A model generated the notes under the pieces. It searched no databases. It was given only the letters and a program-made list of their open reading frames with translations, and was not told where the DNA came from. Positions 39,511 to 53,275 of a DNA stretch of 64,000 bases are shown here, piece by piece. The DNA lies in NCBI GenBank assembly GCA_951406725.2, contig OX597821.1, positions 22,382,001 through 22,446,000 on the forward strand, written 5' to 3'. Position 1 is the first letter of the stretch. Each line of letters begins with the position of its first letter. The DNA comes from Octopus vulgaris (Eukaryota). Position numbers and translations under genes: made by a program.

Positions 39511-39720
39511 ATGTATATGTTTGTGTGTCTGTGTTTGTCCCCCCAGCATCGCTTGACAATCGATGCTGGTGTGTTTACGTCCCCGTCACTTAGCGGTTCG
39601 GCAAAAGAGACCGATAGAATAAGTACTGGGCTTACAAAGAATAAGTCCCGGGGTCGACTTGCTCGACTAAAGGCGGTACTCCAGCATGTCCACAGTCAAA
39701 TGACTGAAACAAGTAAAAAA
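39302..39720 (+). mobile_element. SINE family A
   Basis: Full family A motif series. Confidence 0.9.
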
Positions 39721-39779
39721 AAAAAAATGTTGTTCGACATATTTTGTAGCTTTTTGCAGCATTTCTACCGGTTCCTGTG

Positions 39780-40570
39780 GTTCCATTTCAAATTACACCG
39801 AGGTCAACTTTGCCTTTTATCCTCCTGGGGTTCGATAAAATGAAGTACCAATCATGTACTGGGGTCGTTGACTCTGACTGTCCACCTTTCCTCCAAATTA
39901 CTCTCCATGTGCCTAAAACAGAAAGAAATATCATTTAAGGTGGCGAGCTGGCAGAATCGTTAGCACGGCGAGCAAAATGCTTCGCAGCATTTTGTCCGTC
40001 CCTACTTTCTGAGTTCAAATTTCACCGGGGTCGACTTTACCTTTCATCTTTTCAGAGTCGATAAATTAAGTACCAGTAAAACACTGGCGTCGATGTAATA
40101 GACTCGTCGGATCTTTTCGGTTTGAACGGCAGTTTTTAACATAATTTTTAGGTAATTAAAAAAATTTTTAACTTCGTATACTGGTAGAATGTATTTATAA
40201 AACATCTTTTTCTCTTGCCTTTATTGAGAAAATTCTATAGTTTGTAAGATATTTGTTGTTTTTTCTTCAATTTCTGCAATTTCAACCAATCAGTGACGTC
40301 TATTGAGTTAAAAAGCATTCTGTGCCGTATGAATATGTGCCTCGTTTAAGAAACAGATTGGGTTTATTTACATTTGTGAAGAATAAAAGATACCCTTCCG
40401 CCACCCCTAACCCTAAAAGAGATTGAAATGCAATAGATCGAGTCTAGGGTCATAATTATGTGTGACAATTTCATATGACACCGCTAGAAAAAAACTGCCG
40501 TTCAAACCGAAAAGATCCGACTCGTCCCCTTCCGCAAAATTTCAGGTCTTGTGCCTAAAGTAGAAAGGGT
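39780..40570 (+). mobile_element. Two SINE family C copies; the second is split by a MITE
   Basis: aaggtggcgagctggcagaatcgttagcac...; the tail resumes at 40519. Confidence 0.8.
40109..40518. mobile_element. MITE, 29-bp perfect TIRs, 8-bp TSD (Merlin-like)
   Basis: TIR ggatcttttcggtttgaacggcagttttt; TSD gactcgtc at 40101-40108 and 40519-40526. Superfamily inferred from the GG start and 8-bp TSD. Confidence 0.85.
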
Positions 40571-41221
40571 TACTATTAGGGTATTAGTGTATTGACAGAA
40601 ATGATACGCGGTATATATTCCAACTCTTCTATATGTTATTTAATAGTCGTTGAAACTTGGAAATGCGACTGTAATACCTTTTGATTCGTCAGGCAGTAAT
40701 AATTTGATACACATACATGCGCTCACCTATGATAGAATTCACTTGCAGTGAGTCAAATGTAAAACACGCAAATGTTGTTAGTACAAATCTCTATTAATTA
40801 CTGTTCAATTGGTCAGCTGCTATAATTAAGCCACAGCTGGCCACCACTGTCTATCCCTTCGTTGCCACTACACGTTTATTGTTTAAGATTTACAATAAAT
40901 TATATATCTTACAGTTGAACTGGTCTTCCACTTACTAACTGACCACTATAATTAACCAATAACTGACCGCCACTTGCCATTGGTCATCGATAGACGGTCA
41001 CCACCAATGTGGCGGTTCCATTTTGCTTCTCTACCTCTCTGTCCCTTCATTCCTCCTCCTCTCTTTTCTTTTGCCTTTCACTCACTTTCTCTGTCTCTCA
41101 CATCTTATATAACGTCTCACTTTCTCTCTCTCTCACTCTCGTGTGTCTGTGTTTTAACTCTCAATGAAGTGTAGACTGAGGTATTTCCTGTGCCGTCTGG
41201 TGCTCACAACCCTCTCCCAGT

Positions 41222-42118
41222 CAGTGAATATTCCATCGCAGCATTCTAAAGAGGATTAGTAGCGGGAAAGATAGAGGACGTCTTAGAGGAAACTGAGCGT
41301 CGAGAAAAATCAACTGGCTAGTCTTTTCTTGGGGACTTTCGGGTCGGAATCCATAGATAACGTCCATAGACATTTTGTAGAAATCCTTAGTGCTACCGGT
41401 GGGTGGGGAGCATTGCCTGTTCAGGATAAATTCTACAGACATGACAGCATCATCAACCGCGCCTGTCCGAGATGCGCGCAGAGCGATGAAACCGTCCTGC
41501 ACACATTCGCACACTGCTCGAGCATTGCTAACTTGTGGTGTTATGTCGCACCGGCTGCTATCACGTGTAAGGACGGATCTGGCTATCGGCCAACTCCATC
41601 GTGAAGTTCGTCCCGCTGCCGGGAAAAGCAGATAGTTTTCCCCTGCCTGGTGGTTATGACGAAAAGGGTTGTATGGTGGTCAAGACTGAAAGGACCGAAG
41701 ACAGTCACTTTCCACTTCGGCCAAGACATCGACATTTTAAAATGCCATTTGAAAACGAAGGTGAAGGTTGAGAAGGATGTGCCACTCACCCGTAAATTCG
41801 TTGAAAAGTGGGTGAATGTGGCAAGAATGGCTCGAGTGAGTGGGTCCACTGTGCAGGCGCTTGTAGGCCGAGGAGTGCAGAAGAGAGAAGAGCACATACC
41901 ATGGTACTTACTCTTGGTGAATAAAGTAGCTCGGGATCTGTAGGTTTCTTTTGGTTACCCTTGGGTGGCGTTTTGCCCTATTGGTGAATTTGTGAGAATT
42001 TTTTTCTTTTTGTTAAATATTATTGTTTTTTATTGCTTACCCGTTCCTTTATAAATCCCCTCTGTCGTTTGTTTATCTATTGTCCTAAATGTTTTTCACG
42101 GCCCTTGTGGTCAATAAA
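41222..42118 (+). mobile_element. L1/Tx1-clade LINE 3' remnant (zinc-knuckle region of ORF2)
   Basis: GALPVQDKF..ACPRCAQSDETVLHTFAHC (CCHC), VVWWSR, KFVEKW; frameshifted; 3' UTR ends caataaa. Confidence 0.8.
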
Positions 42119-42126
42119 TTATTATT

Positions 42127-42560
42127 AAGGCAGCGAGCTGGCAGAATTGTTAGCATGCCGGACAAAATTCTTAGCGGCATTTCGTCCGTCTTCATGTTCT
42201 GAGTGCAAATTCCGCTAAGATCGACTCTGCCTTTCATCCTTTTGGCTTCGATGAAATAAGTACCATTTACGTACTGAGGTCGGTATAATCGACTGGCACA
42301 AATTCCAGGCCTTGTGCCTTTAGCAGAAAAGATTATTATCATTATTATTATTGTTATTAGAATCGTTAATTTGTCGGACAAAATGGTTAGAGACATTTCT
42401 TCCAGCCCTTTAAGCCCTGAGTTCAAATCCTGCCTAGGTCAACTTTGCCTTTCATCCTTTCCGTATCGATAAATTAAGTTCCAGTCGAGTATTGGGGTCG
42501 GTGTAGTCAACTAACCCACTTTCAACAAAATTGCTGGGCTTGTGCCAAAACTTTGAAACT
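42127..42560 (+). mobile_element. Two tandem SINE family C copies
   Basis: aaggcagcgagctggcagaatt.. and gttcaaatcc..tttcatcctttcc, separated by (ATT)n. Confidence 0.8.
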
Positions 42561-42621
42561 ATTATTATTACAATTTATCAGCCTTTGAGTCAGTTTGTAA
42601 CATCTGTCAACTAATGATATA

Positions 42622-42654
<33 letters not shown>

Positions 42655-42723
42655 GTTATATAAATTTCTATAATTGTTCTCCTTCCTTTTCCCTCTTCTA
42701 CTGCACGTTTGTCCTCATTTCTT

Positions 42724-42786
<63 letters not shown>

Positions 42787-42906
42787 CTTCACCTTCTGTT
42801 TTTTTTTTGTTTTTCTATACCCACCTCAAATCTCTCTCTTTCTCACACACATAAACAATGATTATATATAACAAAGTAAAAAAAAAGCAAATTTTCTATT
42901 ATACAC

Positions 42907-43012
<106 letters not shown>

Positions 43013-43125
43013 ACGAGCAGCCTTCGAATTTTTCTATCCAAAGAGTTTTTAACCCGGTATTTACACGTTATTAATTATAGCTTTTCGACCGTTAAAAACG
43101 ATATAGATAGGTAGACATAGCTAAA

Positions 43126-43204
<79 letters not shown>

Positions 43205-43229
43205 ATACATGATGGTGATAGATGGGTTG

Positions 43230-43465
43230 CGAAGGCGCGTGGCCAGATGGTTAAAGGCGTCGCCCCCACGTTTGCGAGATTATGGTTTCGATTCACACGA
43301 CCGGCTGAACTCGTGTTTTTCATCAAAAACACTCCATCACACGTTTGCTCTGCGATCACTTCTACTTCTGACGTGTGGTACACCATGCACCTCTAGGGCC
43401 AACATCGATTTGATGGCGGGGTTGAGCTAATGTACAGCACAAATATTTCATTATTATAAACAAGT
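43230..43465 (+). mobile_element. Degenerate D-like SINE with alternative tail (cf. 55860-56085)
   Basis: gaaggcgcgtggccagatggttaa..ctctgcgatcactt..tgcacct..tcgatttg..gagct. Confidence 0.55.
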
Positions 43466-43476
43466 GCAGATTGTTT

Positions 43477-43805
43477 GTGGAGGTGCAATGGCCCAGTGGT
43501 TAGTGCAGCGGACTCGCGGTCGGAGGATCGCGGTTTCGATTCCCAGACCGAATATTATGTGTGTTTATTGAGCGAAAACACCTAAAGCTCCACGAGGCTC
43601 CGGCAGGGGCTGGGGGGTGGCGACCCCTGTTGTACTCTTTCGCCCTAACTTTCTCTCACTCTTTCTTCCTGTTTCTTGGGTAACGCTGCGGTGGACTGGC
43701 GTCCCGTCCAGCTGGGGGGAACACATACGCCACAGAAACCGGGAAACAAGGGCCCATGAGCCTGGATAGGCTTGGAAAGGGCGCATAAATAAAATAAAAT
43801 AAAAT
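43477..43805 (+). mobile_element. SINE: family B head plus V-domain-like body and tail
   Basis: B head, then ctgcggtggactggcgtcccgtccag..gccacagaaaccggg..gggcccatgagcc. Confidence 0.75.
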
Positions 43806-44160
43806 ATGCAGATTATTCGGCCCAAAAAATTTCAATAACTCACATCTGTCGTTTGCGACGGGTGGTTCCATGGTGTATGGCTAATGTTGTACTATTCTTA
43901 TCTACAGCCTGTGCAATGTTATGGTAAAGTGAGTTTGTGATTATATTCTGTTGTCTACCGTTGTGGTGGGTGGTGGTGTGGAATCGTTATGTGGTCCCGG
44001 TGTCGTGGTATGTGATATAGAAGTTCTTATGATTATAGATTCTTTGCTGTCTGGCTTCGTTTTTTCATGTGACAAAACATTTTGGAATGTTGTGTCCACT
44101 TACCTTTGCCTTCTGTGTGTGTGTGTGTGTATTATGTAACTATTTAGACATACATGTATT

Positions 44161-44209
<49 letters not shown>

Positions 44210-45369
44210 TATGTATACTGTAGGAATTTAAACAACACGTTAGGTACAATCAAACTATGTATAAGTAAGTATTAAGTGGAATGTATATTTATATACTCGG
44301 TGAGAGAGTATAGACATCCACATATATACACTGACGGGTAACCATATTTTAGATATATAAGTTGTAGAAGGACTCAGTATGGTTAGGTTTAGTAGAATCA
44401 TTTTTATGCAAAACAGTATCTTTACAGAAAAGTAGTCTGTGCCGCGTTGCTGTTTTTGTCAAATGTTAACAAAAGCGTTAGCACGAAACATAAGGTTGTG
44501 AACTGTGAAGATACAACGTTGAATAGAAATTGGTGTGTGTGTGTGTGTGTGTGTGTGTTTCTATTATGTCCTATAAGGCGGCAGTTTGACAAAGATTCGA
44601 CAAAAGTACCAGCTGCAATAAGTACTGGAGTTTAATATGGTTTACTACATGCTCTTATAAATACATAATTTGCATGTGTGTGTATATATACATGAGGTTG
44701 ATACTTGTAAAATGTTATTTGGCTTACCATCGACAGACTTTCACAATATCAAAATAACACCACCACTACTACTACTATAACTGTTTGGAAACAGAATTTG
44801 CGTGTTAAACTTGTATTTAATTTTAAGTGTCTCTCTTTATGCTCAGATAGACTTAATCGTCCCTTATAAGATAAAAGAAATTTCAGATGAAATACTGTGG
44901 CCGATATAATCGGCTTAAAAAAAGAAATTTTGAAAACAGTTACATTTATGTCAGGGGTGAACATTGACATCGCTTGAGTGGCTTTTGATTGTGTTCCACG
45001 TGAACGATGCCGTATTTTCAGTCATATAAGTCCACCTAGTATATGGCATAGACATTCAAACATTGTCACTCTCTTTCCAAATCCTACTGCATTTCACATG
45101 GAATTTTTGGTCTTCCGAAGTCGTCTTGCTGTATAAGTCGAGCGTCTTTTTTTTGGGTGGGGTGAATATTTTGGTTAGGAAAAAAAAAGGACTTGTGTGT
45201 TAGAAAATAAAGAAAATTGAAATATATATAAAGAAACGAAACGACGCGAAGGCGCTCAGTCATATAATAACAATTTAATAAATAAACTATATGCATACAT
45301 ACATACATATATGTACGTACCTACATCTATATGTATATATACATGCATATATATATATATATATATATA

Positions 45370-45610
45370 TGAGTACAGGACACCACAAATAAACGTAGAA
45401 CACAACGAGAAACGAAAACATAAAAACAAACTAGGAAACGGACTTTTTTTTAACAACGAAAAAACAGAGTACAAGACAAACAATGCAAGGAATATTCCCC
45501 TTCATCAGCTGCCCCTGGTTTGACTCAATGCGTGTTTCGAAGGTAAGGGCAGAACACGATCCGGTCGAAACAATCCTTCCTGCAAAATGAATTAAATAAA
45601 ATTCTTTTGC
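45370..45610 (-). mobile_element. Putative Penelope-like terminal fragment adjoining (TA)n
   Basis: Terminus tgagtacaggacacca also at 14947-14962 (rc); minus strand carries GAAAC and CTGATGA motifs. Confidence 0.5.
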
Positions 45611-45783
45611 AGAGGGGTATGGTTATATTATTTACATGTATACTGTACTCTTCCAATTTAAAAGTCTGCATTGTATAGAGTGTAAACATTCAAACATCAT
45701 GGCTATCTTTCCAAATACTGCTGCATTTCATATGGTATTTTCCGTCCTCTAAAGTCATCCTGGTCTCGAAGTCGACCATCTCT

Positions 45784-46724
45784 GGCGGAATTCTGATTTA
45801 AGTACCCTCATACCTTTTTTTAGTTTTGGGAATTTTCAGAAACTTTTTACGAATTTGTGTTCTGCACACGGGAATTTATACGATCATGAAAACAATTTTT
45901 TTACCCCCTTCCCCACTCCTCCATAAATTCTAAAAGTTTTTCTCTTTTACTCGTTTACTTGTTTCGGTCATTTGACTGCGGCCATGCTGGAGCACCGCCC
46001 TTAGTTAAGCAAATCGACCCCAGGACTTATTGTTTGTAAGCCCAGTACTTATTTTATCGGTCTCTTTTGCAAACGCTATGTTACGGGGACGTAAACACAC
46101 CAGCATCGGTTGTCAAGCGATGTTGGGGGGACAAACACAGACAACAAACATATGCACACATACATATATATACACATATATACGACGGGCTTCTTTCGGT
46201 TTCCGTCTACCAAATCCACTTACAAAGCTCTGGTCGGCCCGAGGCTATAGTAGAAGACACTTGCCCAAGGTGCCACGCAGTGGGATTGAACCCGGAACCA
46301 TGTGAATGGTAAGCAAGCTACTTACCACACAGCAACTCCTGCGCCTTTTTCGAATTATTTTTTCCTTTTAATCAGTTTAAAATACGGATAGACCGAATTT
46401 TTTGCTTAAATTCAATCAATGGGTCGTTTATGGATAAATCATCGTTCCATTAAATGTGTTCACGGGACGAAAAATCTTGAAAAACATCAGTATGTATCAG
46501 AGTGGCAAAGAAACGAAGATGGAATCAGATATTTGTGTGATGTGCTAAAAACAAGTTTTAAATTGCTTTTGTATCACACACACACACACACGCAATTTTT
46601 TTTCTATAATCGTATGAATTCCTGTATGTAGAAAACAAATTTGTAGAAATTCTTTAAAAATTCTAAAAAATAATAAAAAAAGATTTGAGAAGTTATATAG
46701 GATGCTTAAACCAGAATTCCGTCC
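45784..46724. mobile_element. Old MITE with ~120-bp diverged TIRs, containing a SINE A
   Basis: ggcggaattctgatttaagtaccc..aatttgtgttctgcacacgggaatttatacgat vs the reverse complement of 46594-46724. Confidence 0.6.
45940..46345 (-). mobile_element. SINE family A
   Basis: Full motif series. Confidence 0.9.
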
Positions 46725-47099
46725 AAACCTTTAATTACCAACACCAATTCTAATTTGAATCTCGAGTTCACTGTGGAGCAAATTTATTGCTAATTTGGAT
46801 TATTAGGTGAGCTGTTATTGAAAGCCGCTATGTAAACCACATTTCCTTAATTAACTACTTAAAACAACCCACTTATCAAGTCAGGCTACAAGAACTGTTT
46901 ATATATAAATATGAATTCACATGTAATTTTCTACATAGAGGTTGTTTATTATGTAAGGAGTGGATGTTGTGTTTTTTTAGATAGGGTTATATCTACATTC
47001 CCAGCGGCATTGACAGCTGATAATTATCGCCAACACTGCAACGCACACTGTAGAACCGTCGTTGCCTGTAGCTAGATAGAACATTGTTATGATTATTAA

Positions 47100-47317
47100 C
47101 AAGGCGGCAACCTGACAGAATCGTGACCACTCTGGACAAAATGCTAAGTGGGGTTTCTTCCGTCTTTACATTCTGAGATCAAATTCCGCCGAGATCAACT
47201 TAACTTTTCATCCTTTCGGAGTCGATAAAATAAGTACCAGTTGAACACTGGGGTCGATGTAATCAACCCATCCCCTTTACAAAAATGGTTGCCCTCGTGG
47301 CAAAATTTGAAACCATG

Positions 47318-47390
<73 letters not shown>

Positions 47391-48738
47391 TGGCTGTAAG
47401 AAGGCAGAATCGTTAGTGCGCCGAGCAAAATGCTTAGCGGCATTTCGTGTCCTTACGTTCTGATTTCAAATTCCGCCGAGGTTGACTTTGCCGTTCATCC
47501 TTTCGGAGTAGATAAACTAAGTACAAGTTGCGCATTGAGGGGTTAATGTAATCGACTTTCCCTCTCCCCCGAATTTCAGGCCTTGTGCCTATAGTAGAAA
47601 GGATTATTATTATTATTATTATTGATAAGGTGGTGAACTTGTAGAATCGTAAACACGTCGGGCGAAATGCTTAGCGGCAGTTCGTTCATCTTTACAATTT
47701 AAATTCAAATTTCGCCAAGGTCGACTTTGCCTTTCATCCTTTCGCAGTTGATGTAATCGATTTACCCACTCCCATGAAATTGCTGGCCTCCTGCTAAAAT
47801 TTGAAACCATTATTATTATCGTTGATGGAGAATAAGACAAAAAGCTTTCAGAATCATTAATACGCCGGACGTTATGCTTAGCGGCATTTCTTCTGGCTTC
47901 TGAGTTCAAATTCCGCCGAGGTCAATTTGCGTCAGGGTCGATTAAATAAGTACCAGTCATATACTGGGTTGTTGTAAATGACTAGCCTCCTCCACCAAAA
48001 TGACAGGCCTTGTGCCTATAGCAGAAAGCACTGTGATTTGACAGCGGGTTGGCAGAATCGTTAGCACGATGGACAAAATGTTTAGCAGCATTTCTTCCAG
48101 TTTTACAAGCACTGATTCCTATGAGGTCGACTTTGTCTTTCATCCTTTAAGGGTCGATAAAATAAGTACCAGTTGTGTACTGGGGATCGATGTAATCGAC
48201 TAGCCCAATCCTCCCAAATTTTGGGTCTTGTGTGTTTATTATGGTAGAAAGAATTATTATCATCGATGAAGAATGACTGGCAGAATTGCTGTAGATATGG
48301 AATCGAACACTGTACCATCTACCCAAGTTGCTAACTAGCCCAATATGCCAGAGAATGCGATGGAACGTGGGACGTCATGATTGCGAAACGCACTTCTTGA
48401 CCACTCGGTCTTTGGTTAACTGATGAAGATTATTTTCGTCAACACCAAAACACACGAGAAACAACTCTCTATACTAGTGCTCCGCGACCTTTTTTCCTTT
48501 GCAGTACATATATTTTTTTCAAAATCTTGGCGAGCTGGCAGAATCGTTAGCACGCTGGACGAAATGTTTAACAGTAATTCGTCCGTCACTGCGTTCTGAG
48601 TTCAAATTTCGCCGAGGTCAACTTTGCTTTTCGTCCTTTCGGGGGTCGATAAATTAAGTACCAGCGAAACACTATAATCGATGTAATCGATTAGTCCCCT
48701 CACTCAAATTTCAGGCCTTGCGCCTATAGTAGAAAAGG

Positions 48739-48797
<59 letters not shown>

Positions 48798-49230
48798 CAT
48801 CATCATTATTACTGTTGTAGAAGGCGGCGAGCTGGATGAAATGTTAGCACGTCGGGCGAAATGCGTAGCCGTATTTCGTCCGCCGTTCCGTTCTGAGTTC
48901 AAATTCCGCTGAGGTCGACTTTGCCTTTCATCCTTTCGGGGTCGATAAATTAAGTACCAGTTAGGCACTGGGGTCGATATAATCGACTTAATCCGTTTGT
49001 CTGTCCTTGTTTGTCCCCTCTGTGTTTAGCCCCTTGTGGGTAGTAAAGAAACAGGTATTTCGTCTGCCGTTACGTTCTGAGTTCAAATTCCGCCGAGGTC
49101 GGCTTTGTCTTTCAGCCTTTGAGGGTCGATAAATTAAGTACTACTTGCGTACTGGCTCGATCTAATCGGTGCCCTCCTGCCCCCAAAATTTCAAGTTTTG
49201 TGCTTGTCGTAGAAAAGATTATTATTATTT
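47100..49230 (+). mobile_element. Head-to-tail cluster of about 8 SINE family C copies
   Basis: Repeated heads aaggcggcgagctggcagaatcgttagc, mostly following (ATT)n tails. Confidence 0.85.
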
Positions 49231-49304
49231 GAAAATATTCTTATTGCAACGTTTATGCATTTGTTTGTCAGAATCTTGATGTGAAATCGGGTATTGAAAC
49301 AAAT

Positions 49305-49747
49305 ATTCTTTTCTACTCTAGGCACGAAGCCAGAAATTTTGGGGGAGGGGACCTCAGTATGCAACTGGTACCTAATTTATCGACCCCGAAAGGATGAAAG
49401 GCAAAGTCGACCTCGGCGGAATTTGAACTCAGAACGTAAAGACAGACCAACTACTTATTTCTTTACTACCCACAAGGGGCTAAACACAGAGGGGACAAGC
49501 AAGGACAGACAAACGGATTAAGTCGATTACATCGACCCCAGTGCGTAAATGACTACCAACAAGGGTCTAAACACAGAGAGGACGAACAAGGACAAACAAA
49601 CGGATTAAGTCGGTTATATCGACCCCAGTGCGTAACTGGTACTTATTTAATCGATCCCGAAAGGATGAAAGGCAAAGTCAACCTCGGCAGAATTTGTACT
49701 CAGAACGTAGCGGCAGACGAACTACAGCTAAGCATTTCTGCCAGCTC
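49305..49747 (-). mobile_element. SINE family C copies in opposite orientation
   Basis: cgaccccgaaaggatgaaaggcaaagtcgacctcggcggaatttgaactcagaacg twice. Confidence 0.85.
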
Positions 49748-49976
49748 ATATTTCACTTCAGCTATATATTATTGTTCATATTATTGTTCTTTGTGTTTTT
49801 CTGAAAATCTTTCGTCAAATGTCCTGTGACCTCTTCGGCGACTCTCCATCTCACATGTCTCCACCTGTCCTATTTAGTCCGCCCTCAAAAAAGAACAATA
49901 ATAAAGTTGAAGTGAAGATCGAAAATATAGTAAATGAATTTATTTGACAAAAAAAAAAAATACCGTCCCGATATAT

Positions 49977-50376
49977 ACTCTCTTTACTCTTTACTCTTTT
50001 ACTTGTTTCAGTCATTTAACTGCGGCCATGCTGGAGCACCGCCTTTAGTCGAGCAACTCGACCCCGGGACTTATTCTTTGTAAGCCCAGTACATATTCTA
50101 TCGGTTTTTTTTGCCGAACCGCTAAGTGACAGGACATAAACGCAACCGCATCGGTTGTCAAGCAATGCTAGGGGGACAAACACAGACACACAAACACACA
50201 CACACATATATATATACATATATACGACGGGCTTCTTTCAGTTTCCGTCTACCAAATCCACTCACAAGGCATTGGTCGGCCCGAGGCTATAGTAGAAGAC
50301 ACTAGCCCAAGGTGCCACGCAGTGGGACTGAACCCGGAACCATGTGGTTGGTAAGCAAGCTACTTACCACACAGCC
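49977..50376 (-). mobile_element. SINE family A
   Basis: Full motif series. Confidence 0.9.
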
Positions 50377-51029
50377 AATAACGATTTTTATTGTAACATT
50401 TCTAAACGGGGTTTTTTGACTCCAGAAAGATTTGAACTGGAAGCCACCCCCCCCCACACACACACACATACACATACACACAATCCCTTTGATAAAACCT
50501 CCCGTTCCACATCTCCCCCACCACCTGTTTTATCTATATGTTGCCATTGGTTCACGTTAGTTATCTCCCTTTTCTTTTTTCTTTTAAATACTTTCTACTT
50601 TACATACCTCCCACGTATTTAATATTCACCAATACTTAATCCAGCTTAACACCCATTAACTTTTCACATCATATTTTTATTATCCCCGAAATGTCATCAT
50701 TGTTGTTGTTTTAAGCCTTAGAATAAGAAAATAAAACATTCCTACCTTGGGCTTCTTGTAGCTTTTGTTCTTCTTGTTATCGTTCTTGTTTTCTTGATGT
50801 AAATATGAGAGTCATCCTACATAAATTTTTTTTAAAAGGTTATATCCATAATAAATGCTTTATTTTATTTATCAATAGGTCTTATCTCTCAACCCCACAC
50901 ACACACAAACACATACCTTGAAATCTATAACTATCTGGAACTGTCTCTCAAACACATACACGTAATATTCAATATATATGTGTGTGTGTGTGTGTGTCTG
51001 TGTGTGTATGTGTGTGTGCATTATATATA

Positions 51030-51510
<481 letters not shown>

Positions 51511-51951
51511 AACACACTGCATGTGTGTGAACTGGTGGGTTTCACATCTGTTTATAAAAGTTTTAGACTAATTAACGCTACTTCTGTTAACGCTATATAT
51601 CGATAGACCGGGTTTATTATTATTAGTGGTGGTGGTGGTGGTGGTAGTGGTGGTAGTATTCTGCTAAAATGTCCCCACCCTCACACGCCAGAGTAATCTC
51701 ATGTCGCCCTCCTTTCCTTCCACAACATTACTACTACCTGTTGACTTATTAATAGAAAGACAGACTTATAGACACCAGGTAGGATAAATCTGGCGTCAAC
51801 TGTTTCTTTTTTAACGGACAACATCAAACTCTGTGTGTGTGTATAACACAGAAAGAGAATCTAGTAGTGATAGGGAATTGAACATCGCTTGTATAATGCT
51901 TGAAACCGATATTATTTTCAAAACTATTTTTATAATTTTGTATGCATACAG

Positions 51952-52090
51952 GAATTCCCAGGAGGATCGTGTGGTTAGAGTCCTAAGACACCTCCTCTCT
52001 AGGGTCCTATCAGAAGTAACCGTCAGAAGAATCCTACTGGATTCCCAAGCGTCACTAGCCGAGACTGGATATTATCAAACCATTTCTTAG
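51952..52090 (+). CDS. Weak candidate coding exon (NSQEDRVVRVLRHLLSRVLSEVTVRRILLDSQASLAETGYYQTIS*)
   Basis: Unique, more GC-balanced sequence; acceptor ttttgtatgcatacag|; one open frame to a stop. Confidence 0.25.
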
Positions 52091-53084
52091 TCTACCATTA
52101 CGTCTCCTGCTGGTTGGTTCAGGTTTACGAATCATACATACATACACGAATTTATGTATGGATGGATAGATGGGTGGGTAAGTTGGAAGAGTCAATCTAG
52201 TCATGTAATAACAAAGAAAACTGTTGAATTCACTTATATTTTATTTCAAAAGAAGTATTTCATGAAGCGTTAAAATTTTCGGCATACATCTGGGATCAAG
52301 TTAATGACCATTCCACTGCGTCAATAACCAGATTTCAGTTGTGCAACAAAACTTTTGACGCCTCTTGAAATAAACTTAAAGAGTATTTCAGTTTTTTTGT
52401 TTTTTGTCCAATGGCTATAATGACTCCGCGATGAAGTCCCACCAGTTTCAACACAATGTCTGAAATCTGGTCACTTTCAACTCCGAAAAAATGTTTTTAA
52501 ACTTATAAACATTTTAATGTACTGTCTTCTACATTGGTGGTGTTAACAATCAAAAATGGCGCACTCCAAATGAGCGATACGTTGTTTTAAATGCGCTGAA
52601 ACCACCAAGATTCTGAATCCTAGAGCTGACAAGTGATTTTTTCTGTATGTCGTCTAATTTTTATTTACATTTATCCATGTATGTGTGTGCGTATCGGTGT
52701 TCTATTTTAGTTCCAGATACTAACATATTTGACGTGAGTGATTGATCACTTATCATAACCCCACCCTCAATAAGCATAAATGGTATATATTTAGTTTTGT
52801 TTACTTACTAATTCATATTTCGAAATCCGTCATTATTGTTGATGTTATTCTTGATAATGTTACTAGGATTGCATGTTCCAAGTAGTTTATCATATAAGAT
52901 TTAAATTATTATTTTTTTTAGGTAAATATTGAAACAAGAAACAAAAACAAATCTCCAGAGATGCATCTATTACAATCTGCACGCGCACACTTATCATTCC
53001 TTTTGTCCTCAATACCCGTATAAAATTTTCCACTCGCCCACTTCAAGATACACAGGCCTAAGCCACTGAAATAATAATAATCAT

Positions 53085-53275
53085 TATTTCTATTCTAGAC
53101 ACAAGGCTATGAAAACTTTTGGGGAAGAGGGATAGTCGATTACATCGTTACCCACTGGTGGGTAACTGGTACTTATTTCATCGACCCCGAAAGGATGAAA
53201 GGCAAAGTCGACCTCGGCGGAATTTGAACCTAGAACGTAGCGGTAGACGAAATACCGCTAAGCATTTCGCCCGGT
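53085..53275 (-). mobile_element. SINE family C
   Basis: Family C motifs in reverse complement. Confidence 0.8.

Noticed and set aside
45050-45780. Diverged ~90-bp direct repeats (45050-45140, 45685-45778)
   Set aside because: No LTR hallmarks (TG..CA, PBS, TSD); likely an old duplication or transposon debris.
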